Source of the DNA: an uncultured Verrucomicrobiae bacterium | GTDB taxonomy: Bacteria > Verrucomicrobiota > Verrucomicrobiia > Palsa-1439 | NCBI GenBank assembly: GCA_963812605.1 | Contig: CAWEWF010000001.1 | Span: 192,001 to 256,000, forward strand | DNA length: 64,000 bases | Reading direction: 5' to 3' | Part shown: piece after piece, positions 52,071-62,789 of the stretch | Layout: each line of letters opens with the position of its first letter | Position numbering within the stretch: position 1 is the stretch's first letter | Made by a program: the position numbers and the translations under genes | Notes under the pieces: model-generated | The model's database searches: none | Told to the model about the DNA's origin: nothing | Seen by the model: only the letters and a program-made list of their open reading frames with translations

Positions 52071-52294
52071 TAGCAGTTTCGTTGAGCTCGAGATCTACAC
52101 CTGTCACATTGGGTGTGAGATTGTGGTTATCTGGGCAGTCATGATGTGTGGCGGTGGTATCAAACGCACGCATCGGACTCAACCAAATTGCCCCAAGACC
52201 CAAAAAGGGCCCCAAGCACGGTAGCAACATCAAAGAAGTTCTTCCACGGTTTCACCGGTTCGTGCTAGATTATCTCGGGAAGAGCAGGTGGCAT

Positions 52295-52675
52295 ATGCGT
52301 GTCTGGCCTTTTTTTATTTCGGGAGTCATCATCACCACCGTTGCGTTTTGCAGCGGTTGTACGACAAACGCTGACAAGCCGGACGAACCACACCCTGCCA
52401 TGCGGGCGATGGGGCAGCCGGTTCCATCCCCTGCCGACTCCGGTGAGACGCCGACCAACGAGAGCATCGGTTCGGAGATCCGCCGCCAACTCGACGGCAC
52501 GCCCACAACGACCGCGGGCATCATCGTGGAAGTCGACGACGGCAAGGTCACGCTCCGCGGCAGGGCGCCAGATCTCGCCACGTCGTGGCGTGCCGAAGGC
52601 ATCGCGCACGCCACGAAAGGCGTCAAGACAGTAGTGAATCAGATCGTGGTGATTACCCCGAACCCCCCGTCGTAA
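52295..52675 (+). CDS. BON-domain lipoprotein
   Basis: Signal ending CSGC, IIVEVDDGKVTLRG...AHATKGVKTVVNQIVV. Confidence 0.82.
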   Translation: MRVWPFFISGVIITTVAFCSGCTTNADKPDEPHPAMRAMGQPVPSPADSGETPTNESIGSEIRRQLDGTPTTTAGIIVEVDDGKVTLRGRAPDLATSWRAEGIAHATKGVKTVVNQIVVITPNPPS

Positions 52676-52681
52676 CGAGGT

Positions 52682-55195
52682 TCACTCGTTTTTTGCGGGT
52701 GACGGCGTGGGGCCGATGATCGAATCCACCTCGCCTTGGAGCGAGGGTTGGAGTTTCACCGCCTGCTGGGCGTAATCGCCCGCAACCCGATCCTGCCCAT
52801 ACTGTTTGCAGAAGGCCGCCAACCGCAAAAACCGCAGAGCATGCGCGTTGGGATTCTCGGTCGAAGCGCTGGCGGCGACATAGAAGTCCGCGAGTTGGAT
52901 GAGCGCCGCCGGCGCAAAATCGCGCCAGTCGGAAGCGATCTCTCCGTACGGGGTGGCGCAGATGAGTTGTTGATCGGTAGCGCGCAAGACTTTGCCCGGC
53001 AATGGGGTGCCGGCACGCGTCCGCAGGTCGGCGCCGTCATACGGATGGGGCGTGAAATCGGCGACCAATTGCTGTTTGAATTCCCAGAGCCGCCGCGCAC
53101 GGTCGATTCGCGGGTCCAGCAATTTGTGACCGGCAGCGGTTGAAACCTTTGAGGAACAAACCTCGTACTGGGCCAGGGCGTCCTTGAAATCGTAATTCTC
53201 CCAAAACGGCGCGACGATCGGCTCCACGGCGCTGATGGCTCGCGTATCCTCCTCATCGCGCTGGCGATACTGCTCTTCCTGTTCGTGGCGTTTCGTCTCG
53301 GCTTCCTGTCTTTCCTGCTGTCCCTTTTCGCGGTCCTGCGCCGCGGCGCGTTCGAGATCGGGCTGCTTCGCGAGCAACGCCAGTTTCAACGCGGAAAGAT
53401 TCGCATTGGTCACGGCAACGTTGAGCCTGGCCAGCGCATCATCATACTTTCCGCTTTTGGCGAGCGCCTCGATGTCCGCCATGGTCCCGGCGGCCTGGTC
53501 GCACTGACGCGCGAGTTTGTCCGCCAGCGCCTGCAAGTTAAAGGCCCATTGCTGGTCGGCCGTGCGATCCAGCTTGCGATATTCCCGGAACGAGACCGCG
53601 GCCTTCTCAAACTCGCTTTTTTCGAGATACTTGAATCCCGCCGTGAACCGGGTGAGCGCAACCGCCCACGGCGGCAGGCGCGGAATGGCAGCCTCCACGT
53701 CAGCCAATGGAAGCGAGCCGACCATCGTATCAATCAGCACGTTGGCGAAATTACCCGTGGTGATCTCCTCGGGAATGCGCGGCTTGACCATGATGTCCCG
53801 TGCACGGGCCAGAACACGGGAAGCCTCGCCGGGGCGGTCGGCCGCGAGAAGTGTCAATCCCTGGAACAATTGGATCCACTGGCGTTGACGGAACTGGCCC
53901 TGCCCGGCAACCTGAAGTGCGCTGTCATAGCCAAGCAACGCGTCGGTGTAACGGCCTTGCGCGAGCTGGAGCGTGGCTGTATTCCAAGCCTTCACCCAGG
54001 GCGTATCCTCGGCGAAGTTGACCTCTTCGGATGATGTTCCCGCGGGCGGCACAGGAGCCGGGGCAATGTTGACAACCTCCACGGGCGCCGGCGATTGCTG
54101 AAGTTGAAAGATTGTCACCCGTTTCTCCCACACGAACCAGACCGCCGCCGCGCAAATCACGAGCGCGGCCAACGTGCCCACCAGGGACAGGATCGAGAAC
54201 CGCTCTCCCGTCGGCGCGACGATGGCTTTGACGGCCTGGGTGGCCTTGAGTTCGTCCTGCGCCCCGGCGAGGTCCTCAATCAGTTCGTCGTAGGTTTCAT
54301 AACGCTCGGCCGGGTCCTTGGCCAACATGCGGGCAATGACCTGCGTCGTCCGTTCATTCAAATCGGGCGCATAGGTCTTGAGGGACAACGCGGGTTGCGT
54401 CGCGTGTTTGGTCACCACCTCGCCCGCCGTGTCCGCCTCGAACGGCGGCCGGCCCGCCAGCGCGTGAAATAGCGTCGCGCCCAGCGAGTAGATGTCACTG
54501 CGCAGATCTTCGGGCTGACCGCGGAGCTTTTCGGGCGCGATGTAGTAGGGCGTCCCCCAAATCTGGTCCGGCGCGTGTCCTTTGGCGTCTTCGGCGTCCC
54601 GACCGTGACCGCGCGCCAGGCCGAAATCAACAATCTTCGGGACACCATCCTCGTTGAAAAGGATATTCCCCGGCTTCACGTCGCGATGCAGCAAGCCGCG
54701 TTGCCAGGCACAGAGCAGCGCGGAAGCGATCTGGCGGCCGATGGAAAGCACTTCCGGTTCGGGAAGCCTGCCGAGCTTGGTGATGCGGTCATCCAGGCTG
54801 CCGCGCTGGCACAACTCCATGGACAGGTAATACTGGTTGTCGATCTCGCCGAACGCGTAGACCTGCGCAACATTGGGGTGATTGACCGACGCCGCCGCCT
54901 GGGCTTCCTGGGAGAAGCTGCTGATGAACGCCGGGTTGGTGGAGAGGTTCTTACGCACGATTTTCAAGGCCAGATAGCGGTTTAAGGGAAGATCGATCGC
55001 CTTGTAGACCGTGCCCATGCCCCCGATTCCGATGGGGTTCAGCAACAGGAAATCACCGAACTGCAGCGGCACAACAGAAAGCGCGCCACAATGTTTGCAT
55101 TCCACGTGGGTGAATCCGGTCTGTCCTGTCAGGTCGAGGATCGCCCCGCAAGAGTGGCAATTGATGGAATCCGGCACTTTGCCTGGCGCGTCCAT
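52682..55195 (-). CDS. Ser/Thr protein kinase (Zn-ribbon, kinase, TM, TPR/coiled-coil)
   Basis: CHSC..CKHC, IGIGGMGTVY, ALK, HRDVKPGN, DFGLA, GTPYYIAPE, DIYSLG. Confidence 0.93.
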   Translation of the reverse strand: MDAPGKVPDSINCHSCGAILDLTGQTGFTHVECKHCGALSVVPLQFGDFLLLNPIGIGGMGTVYKAIDLPLNRYLALKIVRKNLSTNPAFISSFSQEAQAAASVNHPNVAQVYAFGEIDNQYYLSMELCQRGSLDDRITKLGRLPEPEVLSIGRQIASALLCAWQRGLLHRDVKPGNILFNEDGVPKIVDFGLARGHGRDAEDAKGHAPDQIWGTPYYIAPEKLRGQPEDLRSDIYSLGATLFHALAGRPPFEADTAGEVVTKHATQPALSLKTYAPDLNERTTQVIARMLAKDPAERYETYDELIEDLAGAQDELKATQAVKAIVAPTGERFSILSLVGTLAALVICAAAVWFVWEKRVTIFQLQQSPAPVEVVNIAPAPVPPAGTSSEEVNFAEDTPWVKAWNTATLQLAQGRYTDALLGYDSALQVAGQGQFRQRQWIQLFQGLTLLAADRPGEASRVLARARDIMVKPRIPEEITTGNFANVLIDTMVGSLPLADVEAAIPRLPPWAVALTRFTAGFKYLEKSEFEKAAVSFREYRKLDRTADQQWAFNLQALADKLARQCDQAAGTMADIEALAKSGKYDDALARLNVAVTNANLSALKLALLAKQPDLERAAAQDREKGQQERQEAETKRHEQEEQYRQRDEEDTRAISAVEPIVAPFWENYDFKDALAQYEVCSSKVSTAAGHKLLDPRIDRARRLWEFKQQLVADFTPHPYDGADLRTRAGTPLPGKVLRATDQQLICATPYGEIASDWRDFAPAALIQLADFYVAASASTENPNAHALRFLRLAAFCKQYGQDRVAGDYAQQAVKLQPSLQGEVDSIIGPTPSPAKNE

Positions 55196-55343
55196 GGCGC
55201 GGGCACGTTAGCACGCGCTGGAAAGCAGCGGCAACAGGAAATCAAGATGCAGAGGACACACCGATAAACGTCAATTGCGGATACATCACACGCGACTCCC
55301 CCGGCGATCCATTATCGCTCTGCATTGGATCGCTGATTTCCAG

Positions 55344-55460
55344 AAAACGAACCGGATTCAAAAATCCAGCTCATAAGTCCTAAGTTTCTATCCTCCTGGC
55401 AGATGCAATCACAATTGCGCATTAGCCAATCCGGTTCGCTTCGCAGAAACACATGTTTTT
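55344..55460. repeat. About 117-bp inverted-repeat element (copy 2)
   Basis: AAAACGAACCGGATT - 69 nt - AATCCGGTTCGCTTC followed by GCAGAAACACATGTTTTT. Confidence 0.7.
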
Positions 55461-55589
55461 GGAACCCCTTCTCCCCTGTCAAAAACACGCGTTTTTCGCC
55501 TGCCACAGGCTCGCCCATCCTCACGTTGTCAAAGACCAATTCTCTGGATCATACCGCTATCGGAATCCGATGTCCAGAAGAAAGCGTTG

Positions 55590-55650
55590 CCCAACTGGAT
55601 TGCCCGCGCACATTCATCGTGATCGGGTCGCCACCGTTGACCGTTGCCGT
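55590..55650 (-). pseudogene. Orphan fragment homologous to an internal segment of the 56355-59603 gene
   Basis: 55607-55647 matches 58369-58409 at 39/41 nt and encodes TATVNGGDPITMNVR. No start codon, degenerates immediately. Confidence 0.85.
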
Positions 55651-55693
55651 CAGGTGTCAAGCCCTGACTCCCTTTCCTTTCCTACCTTTTCGA

Positions 55694-56320
55694 TTAGTTG
55701 CCAAATTGCATCTCGGAAAGCGACTTCAAAGCGGATTGTAGCCTGGTCTGTTTCTGCGGATCCTTCTGCATGTTCAAGGCGTGCTGCAATCTCAGTGTGG
55801 TAATTTCTTTGTCTCCTTCGACACGATAAAGAACTTTCAATGACAGATCTCTGATGGTCACATCGTCGCTCTGCTCTAGATTCCTAATCAAAGCGGGTAT
55901 TGAAGGAGTCCCAATTTTAACAAGAGCCTCCATGGCGGGATAGCGGTCCCAGAACCACTCGTGACTTCTTTGCGCTGTGGAGCGAATCTTATCCTCCAGA
56001 GTAATCCTCTGGGCAAGACCGTCTGCGGCCCTCGGGAACCTGTATTCACCGAGGAGATAAGCGGCATAAAATCGCGCGTCTTTGCTTTCCGAATCCAGTG
56101 CTATCAAAAGTGTTTCCTGTGTTTGACGCAAGTTTTGTCCAATGTCTTGAAGCAGTGTTTCTCGCTCCTTATCTGTTAGCCTTTCGAACTTCTGTAACCG
56201 GCCGGTAATTTGTTCGTCGCTAATCTGTTCAGTTCCATTTGTCAGTGGGGCAATAAATGCTTGAATAAACACTATGAAACAACCTACGAGTACAGCGCGT
56301 TCTCTTGTGGTCATAATCAA
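55694..56320 (-). CDS. Exported HEAT/PBS-repeat protein (candidate immunity/partner)
   Basis: N-terminal hydrophobic signal, ARFYAAYLLGEYR, YPAMEALVKIGTPSIPALIRNL. Visibly lower GC. Confidence 0.75.
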   Translation of the reverse strand: MIMTTRERAVLVGCFIVFIQAFIAPLTNGTEQISDEQITGRLQKFERLTDKERETLLQDIGQNLRQTQETLLIALDSESKDARFYAAYLLGEYRFPRAADGLAQRITLEDKIRSTAQRSHEWFWDRYPAMEALVKIGTPSIPALIRNLEQSDDVTIRDLSLKVLYRVEGDKEITTLRLQHALNMQKDPQKQTRLQSALKSLSEMQFGN

Positions 56321-56354
56321 TCCTTTGGTTTCTTAGATATTCTCCACGTATTAA

Positions 56355-59300
56355 TCAGGGACATCCGGCCGCTGTGCTTGGAAGCGTGATATATCCCACA
56401 TCCACATCCTTCAAAATGATGTTAGGCGTTGCGCTTGCTTGCCATTTTGCCCGCCAATGCCACTTGGCGGCATCAGGAAAACTATCATTACCGGGATTTC
56501 CCCCAGAGGCTCTAACCCCATTCCACTCTACCCATTGGTGGAAGTTTGCATAGACCTCGGTGCATGAGATTGCATAAAAAATCGCAACATTAGGTGCGTC
56601 TCTATCATAGATTTTGTCGTTGGTGTCAGGGGTCAGATTTTGAACCCCCGAACTTGATGTATCATTAGTCCAAGTCGGGTCGTTAAAGCCCGCCTGCGTT
56701 TCATCTTGGAAAGTGTGAAACCACCTCTCTCGTCTAAAACTCCAACCGGTCTTGATCGATGCATTAGCATTAATCCCCACAGGACTCAATTGAGCAATGG
56801 GCACCACCTTTCCCACGCCAATTGCCCCGCCATCGTATAACTGCCCGCCAAGATTCTCTGTCTCGTCATATAGCGTCCCAAATTGCACTGCGTTTGCGGG
56901 CGTTGTTCCAGTCCTCTGAATGCTCACCGTCCCCCACACCACGGTGAAATTCACATAATCCGACGAGCCGCTGGCGCCCTGGATTTGCACGCTGAGTTTG
57001 GCGTCCATCAACGCGCTGCTGGCGGTTGAGCCTTCCACATACAGATTCGTGGGCAGGCCGGCACCGGGGAAGGTCGCGCCCGTACTGACCTGCGTCCCGT
57101 TCGTCACATCGGTGAAGACTTTAAGCTGGCTGGGAATCGTCAGCACCACCGTGTCGTTGGTAATGCTCAGCGCCCCGATGATGATCTTTTGCCGGGGCGG
57201 GCCATTGTTGTCGCAATTACAGACCACCAGCCCGCCGGGATTCTGCTTGGGACTTCCCGTAATGCCATCGATGTCAATTTCCGGCAGGAGCTTTTGCACA
57301 CCCAGGCGGGTCACGGCTAACAAATGGGCACTCTCCGTGTTGGCGTGGGTGCCCTGAGAATCCGTGTAGGAGGAATTCACGACATAACCGGGCCAACCGA
57401 AACTCCCGCCCGAGAGGCCGTACCCTTCGCCGGGATTCACCGTGACCAGAAAGCTTGCGCGAGGGGACAGCGGGCCGTCACTCCACTGGGCCGGGGATTG
57501 GCCCTGAAAGATCACCTGACTCATATCCCACGTACTGTTGGTCGTATCGTACGTGCCAAAGCAACTCAATAGCACCCGCGTGCTCGGCGCGTAATACCAA
57601 GGGAACTGAAGCGTCAGTTGGCCGTTGTAGGTATCAGGCAAATGGTAAGAGCTGCTAGCGCCAGCGCCGGAAAGCAGGCTCACAGATCCGTCGTTGCCAA
57701 AGAGCAAAGCGTTCACGCTCAAGTCCGGCTGCGGCACCCAATCCTCATCGGTGCCATTGGAAGGATACGGAGTCGCTGTCCCGCTGCAGTCGGTATACGT
57801 TAGCACGTCGCGCGCGAAGTAGATTTCATTGGTGGTTCCACCAGACGGTCCCGTAAACGAATAGGTCTGCGTGCCATTGTTCTCGCTGGCCGCAGGGCCG
57901 GTCGTACACGGCGAGCTGGAACTTTTCTCGTCGTAATCCCACTCCGTATTCATCGAGCTGATAAAGAAGCCCTCCAGCATCCCGATTGGGAAACTAACAC
58001 TGCCGTCCGCGCATGTGACCACCACTTCCAGCACCGTCGGCGTGCCATCGGCGTTCACCGAGATCTCATCGGTGAACCCCCGATTGCCGTCGCCGTCCGG
58101 GGTGAAGAGCGTCGTGGCTACGCCGTTGACCGTGACGCTCAACACCAGGTTGGTGTCCTTCAGCGCGCTGACATAGCCGCTGACGGCTTGCGCCTGCCCG
58201 TTGGCATACCAGCCGAACGGCGCGGGTGAGGTGATCGCAAAACGGTAGCTATTACCCCGCACCAACGTAAAGAAATTGGAACTCGTATGGCCTGCCAGAT
58301 CCGAGCCCATCACCACCACCGTGTTCGTCCCCGAATTCAAGGGCAACAGATACCCAAATTGATTGCTCCGCACATTCATCGTGATCGGGTCTCCGCCGTT
58401 GACCGTTGCGGTTACTATCGCATTCAAATTACTCATTTGTCCAGAAACCCAAATCTGCGACATATCCGGTAAGACGGTTACGGCGTTCGTCTGCAAGGTT
58501 GTGAAGAAGAGTTGCGGCGCATTCGTCGCGGTGCTCGTATCCACATACCAATTCACCGATGCCTGACTCTCGTTGCCTGCGGGATCCTGCACCAATATCG
58601 TGATCTCGTTGTTGGTATTCGGTTGGACGACAAACCGTGGGATATCGATCTGCGTGCCATATTGGTTCCAGTATTGTTGTCCATTAATCCAGACTTTCAA
58701 TGGCCGGAACGTGCCGGGGACGGTCGGGTCCTGCGGATCTGGATCGTACACGGTCGCCTGCAAATGCACAAAGGCCTGGTCGCCGGTGCCATTGGTGGGA
58801 CTGGTGATCTCCACCCATGGCGGGATCGTGTCCAAGGTAACAAACTTGATGAGGAGCGGCCCCAAGACGTTGGTGCTGGCGTCGGCGTATTTGAAGAACA
58901 ATTCGTACGTGGTATTGTTGGTGCTCGGCAATACGTAAGACAAAACTGCACCGGTGTTGGCGAAAACGGTCGCATTGGACATATTAGGATACAAACTCGC
59001 CAAGACAAATGGATACGGAAAACTCGATGGATCAAGTGTGATCGTCCGGTTGGTCGCCCACTCACTACCGTTATTGACCACCACATCGAGCACGTTCGAC
59101 ACGGTGGGATCGGTGAAGTACTGATACTCTTGCAGGTTGTTGATGCCGTCGCCGTCGGGATCACACGTCGCGCAGGAGAGGTTGTTGGTCGTCGTGCCAC
59201 TGCCCCCGAAGTATTTGATCCGCCACCAATCGGGGATGCCGTCGCCAACGGTATCGGTCTGGCCGGGATCGTAATTAACAAGCGTGACTGGCCCGCTGGG

Positions 59301-59603
59301 AAAGATCAGCGTCTTCGTGCCCGGTGTCCATTCGGACTCTTGATAATAGCCAGCGGCGACCGAAACCACGTCCCCGCTCGCCGCCGCCGCGAGCGCGTTC
59401 GCTATGTTGCGCTTCGGCCCGTGGCCATTGGTAATCACCTGGCTCAGCCCGTCGAATCCATTGTCACCAAGCCCATTGTCCGCATACCAGGTTGTGGCGG
59501 AAACGTCTATCACTACACAGACACACAAGGCGCAGAGACAGAACACACAGAGTACGACAAATCCCCGGTATTCCGCCTTTCGCCGTTTGTCCTCGGCTCT
59601 CAC
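56355..59603 (-). CDS. Large secreted modular protein (DUF1565-like start, Ca-binding DxDGDG repeats, Ig-like domains, distinct C-terminal domain)
   Basis: Signal peptide, WYADN..GDN.FDG, DTVGDGIPDWW, DPDGDGINNLQEY..TDPT, DTIPPWVEITSP, LYVEG..SDYVNFTVV, and lower-GC C-terminus. Start GTG 59603 or 59666. Confidence 0.8.
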   Translation of the reverse strand: MRAEDKRRKAEYRGFVVLCVFCLCALCVCVVIDVSATTWYADNGLGDNGFDGLSQVITNGHGPKRNIANALAAAASGDVVSVAAGYYQESEWTPGTKTLIFPSGPVTLVNYDPGQTDTVGDGIPDWWRIKYFGGSGTTTNNLSCATCDPDGDGINNLQEYQYFTDPTVSNVLDVVVNNGSEWATNRTITLDPSSFPYPFVLASLYPNMSNATVFANTGAVLSYVLPSTNNTTYELFFKYADASTNVLGPLLIKFVTLDTIPPWVEITSPTNGTGDQAFVHLQATVYDPDPQDPTVPGTFRPLKVWINGQQYWNQYGTQIDIPRFVVQPNTNNEITILVQDPAGNESQASVNWYVDTSTATNAPQLFFTTLQTNAVTVLPDMSQIWVSGQMSNLNAIVTATVNGGDPITMNVRSNQFGYLLPLNSGTNTVVVMGSDLAGHTSSNFFTLVRGNSYRFAITSPAPFGWYANGQAQAVSGYVSALKDTNLVLSVTVNGVATTLFTPDGDGNRGFTDEISVNADGTPTVLEVVVTCADGSVSFPIGMLEGFFISSMNTEWDYDEKSSSSPCTTGPAASENNGTQTYSFTGPSGGTTNEIYFARDVLTYTDCSGTATPYPSNGTDEDWVPQPDLSVNALLFGNDGSVSLLSGAGASSSYHLPDTYNGQLTLQFPWYYAPSTRVLLSCFGTYDTTNSTWDMSQVIFQGQSPAQWSDGPLSPRASFLVTVNPGEGYGLSGGSFGWPGYVVNSSYTDSQGTHANTESAHLLAVTRLGVQKLLPEIDIDGITGSPKQNPGGLVVCNCDNNGPPRQKIIIGALSITNDTVVLTIPSQLKVFTDVTNGTQVSTGATFPGAGLPTNLYVEGSTASSALMDAKLSVQIQGASGSSDYVNFTVVWGTVSIQRTGTTPANAVQFGTLYDETENLGGQLYDGGAIGVGKVVPIAQLSPVGINANASIKTGWSFRRERWFHTFQDETQAGFNDPTWTNDTSSSGVQNLTPDTNDKIYDRDAPNVAIFYAISCTEVYANFHQWVEWNGVRASGGNPGNDSFPDAAKWHWRAKWQASATPNIILKDVDVGYITLPSTAAGCP

Positions 59604-59607
59604 GGCG

Positions 59608-60420
59608 TTACTTAAGCTCCAGAGCCTCTTGCGCGCTGACCGCTTCGGGTGTCGCGTTGCTGTCACTGCCCATCTGCGTGAACACGCCCGTCAGCGAATC
59701 GAACCGGTAGCCGGACTTCACTTGCCAGCGCGGCGTGTGCATGCTCTGGCGCTGGACAATGTTGCCAGTGGCGGGATCGATCCGGTAGCCACTGATCACG
59801 GTCGCATTCGCAGCAACTGGCGGATTGATGGACGCAAGCAATTGGCCCGCCAGGCTATAATAAGCGCCTTCGCTGGCGACGTAGACTTCTAGCTGCTTTG
59901 TCTGGCTGTTCCAGAACAAGGCCGCTCCCGTTTGTTTGCTTGGCGGGACTTCGCGCGCTACGCGGGCGGCAATGTTGGAGCGCGTCTCGCTGTCGAGTAA
60001 AAGATATGGCGGGTCCATTCCGCCATACAGGTTGAGCTTGCCGTCCACTTCCACATCGCTTTCGAATATCGCGCTGGGTCCCACGGTCAAGCCACCACTA
60101 ATGAATTCGCTGTTGTCCCACGTGCCGATGCCGACTTGACCACCGATCGGATTCAATCCCAAGTAGGCATAGCCGCCGCTGCTGTACGCTTGCACGATGC
60201 CCATGTCAGGCTCGTAAATTCCCGCATTCAGATAACCGTCAGCAACGCCCTTATGAATCTCAATTAGGTGCGTCAGCGTGCATGTGCCACTATTCATGGT
60301 TGTGGACGTAACATTACTGACGACGCTCACGTTCCCATTTATGGTCAACTGGCCCGCCGACGGGCGGATTGTGGTCATGAGCAGGGCGATGATGATGATT
60401 GCTGGGAAAATAGGTTTCAT
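59608..60420 (-). CDS. Secreted hypothetical protein with tail-fibre-like beta segments
   Basis: RBS gaggagg, signal peptide, LNPIGGQVGIGT and VDGKLNLYG, C-terminal GMDPPYLLLD domain. Confidence 0.7.
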   Translation of the reverse strand: MKPIFPAIIIIALLMTTIRPSAGQLTINGNVSVVSNVTSTTMNSGTCTLTHLIEIHKGVADGYLNAGIYEPDMGIVQAYSSGGYAYLGLNPIGGQVGIGTWDNSEFISGGLTVGPSAIFESDVEVDGKLNLYGGMDPPYLLLDSETRSNIAARVAREVPPSKQTGAALFWNSQTKQLEVYVASEGAYYSLAGQLLASINPPVAANATVISGYRIDPATGNIVQRQSMHTPRWQVKSGYRFDSLTGVFTQMGSDSNATPEAVSAQEALELK

Positions 60421-60788
60421 GGAATCCTCCTCAAAGGTTGAGAGGTTAATGCGGCGGAAGACGCGCGCTTTGGAAAATGCTTCTCACTCACCGCGATCAT
60501 GGCTTCTCCTTCATAATCGGTGACCGCGACGCTTCCGCTTATACACCGAGCACACTGTACCGTCAATACACCGTTCGGAAACGGTCTCGAAACGTTTCAG
60601 AAAGCTGGCAAGGCGGATAAGAGGGCAGAGCAATGAACCACATGCCCGTGCGGTGCGTTTTTACCAGCGTGAGTAATTTGCTGCATCGCGACATTTTATT
60701 TTCCTCCTTCACGGGTTTTGCCTTATCATGTCCAATCCATTCCCACACAGATCATTACGCGCGTAATTGCCTGTCGCCGAAAGCGCTG

Positions 60789-60805
60789 TGGCATATCGAC
60801 TGCTA
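60789..60805 (+). promoter_or_regulatory. Sigma54 (-24/-12) promoter for glnB-glnA
   Basis: TGGCATATCGACTGCTA = GG-N10-GC, about 130 bp upstream of glnB. Confidence 0.7.
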
Positions 60806-60806
60806 A

Positions 60807-61271
<465 letters not shown>

Positions 61272-61359
61272 AGTAGAGCCGCCAAAACCGGACCAACGAC
61301 GAATCACATCACATTCGCCAGGGCGGTGACGCGTTCATCCCCTGGCTTGGAGGACAAAC

Positions 61360-62769
61360 ATGACACCCAAAGAAGTCCTGGCACTCTGTAAGAGCAAGAG
61401 TGTTCAACTTGTCGACGTAAAATTCTGCGATTTTCTCGGCACTTGGCAGCATTTCTGCGCGCCAATCGCCGAATTGGAGGAAGAAGTCTTTGAAGATGGA
61501 CTCGGATTCGACGGTTCATCGATCCGCGGCTGGAAATCCATCGAGGCCAGTGACATGCTGTTGATGCTCGACCCGGCCACCGCGATCATCGACCCGTTTC
61601 CGAAAGTCACCACGCTCAGCATTGTGGCCGACGCCGTGGACACGATCACACGCGAGCCCTACAGCCGCGACCCGCGCAACGTCGCCCGCAAGGCCGAGGC
61701 CTATCTGAAGCAGACGGGCATCGCGGACACCGCGTACTTCGGTCCCGAGGCCGAGTTTTTCATTTTCGACGACATCCGTTATGGCCAGACCGCCAACAGC
61801 GCGTATTACTACATCGATAGCAACGAGGGCATCTGGAACAGCGGTCGCGAGGAGTTTCCGAACCTCGGCAACAAGATTCGCCACAAAGAAGGTTATTTCC
61901 CCGTCCCTCCGCAGGACACCCAGGCCGATATCCGCAACGAAATGATCATGGTCATGAAGGACTGCGGCCTCAAGGTTGAGCGCGAGCACCACGAAGTGGC
62001 CACCGCCGGGCAGGCGGAGATCGATTTGCGCTTCAACTCGCTGGTTTCGATGGCTGATGACATGCTGCTTTACAAGTACGTCGTCAAGAATGTCGCCAAG
62101 CGTTACAACAAGACCGCCACGTTCATGCCCAAGCCGCTTTTCGGCGACAATGGCAGCGGGATGCACACGCACCAGAGCTTGTGGAAGAAGGGCAAGCCCC
62201 TGTTCGCGGGCAAGGAATACGCCGGCTTGAGCGACCTGGCCCTCTACTACATCGGCGGCGTCCTCAAACACGCGCGGGCCATCGCGGCAATCACCAACCC
62301 AACCGTCAACAGCTACAAGCGGCTTACGCCGGGGTTCGAGGCGCCCGTGAACCTGGCGTATTCGAGCCGTAACCGCTCGGCGGCAGTGCGCATCCCGACG
62401 TATTCACCCAGCCCCAAGGCAAAACGTATCGAGTACCGACCGCCCGATGCGATGGCGAACCCGTACATTGCGTTCTCGGCGTTGCTTTTGGCCGGTCTGG
62501 ACGGTATTGAGAACCGCATCGATCCCGGTGAGCCGCTGGACAAGAACATCTACGAATTGTCGGCCAGCGAACTCAAGAAAGTGCCCTCCATGCCGGGCAG
62601 CCTCACGGAAGCGTGCGACGAACTCGAGGACGACCACGAGTTCCTCCTCAAGGGCGACGTGTTTACGCAGGACGTGATCGATACCTGGATCGAGATGAAG
62701 CGCAAAGAGCAGGATCAGATTCGCTTGCGCCCGCATCCCTGGGAATTCCACATGTACTACGACGCGTAA
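61360..62769 (+). CDS. glnA: Glutamine synthetase type I
   Basis: [46 protein letters not shown] adenylylation site. Confidence 0.98.
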   Translation: MTPKEVLALCKSKSVQLVDVKFCDFLGTWQHFCAPIAELEEEVFEDGLGFDGSSIRGWKSIEASDMLLMLDPATAIIDPFPKVTTLSIVADAVDTITREPYSRDPRNVARKAEAYLKQTGIADTAYFGPEAEFFIFDDIRYGQTANSAYYYIDSNEGIWNSGREEFPNLGNKIRHKEGYFPVPPQDTQADIRNEMIMVMKDCGLKVEREHHEVATAGQAEIDLRFNSLVSMADDMLLYKYVVKNVAKRYNKTATFMPKPLFGDNGSGMHTHQSLWKKGKPLFAGKEYAGLSDLALYYIGGVLKHARAIAAITNPTVNSYKRLTPGFEAPVNLAYSSRNRSAAVRIPTYSPSPKAKRIEYRPPDAMANPYIAFSALLLAGLDGIENRIDPGEPLDKNIYELSASELKKVPSMPGSLTEACDELEDDHEFLLKGDVFTQDVIDTWIEMKRKEQDQIRLRPHPWEFHMYYDA

Positions 62770-62789
62770 AAGAAATTGCGCCACGCGCC

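Noticed and set aside
50200-55700. Prophage/ICE integrated at tRNA-Leu
   Set aside because: No integrase, no phage genes, and no repeat of the tRNA 3' end found by eye.
55590-58410. Diversity-generating retroelement TR/VR pair
   Set aside because: Only 41 bp, internal rather than C-terminal, mismatches are synonymous, and there is no reverse transcriptase in the window.
61272-61359. Glutamine riboswitch before glnA
   Set aside because: I could not match the known glnA motif. An Rfam scan would be needed.
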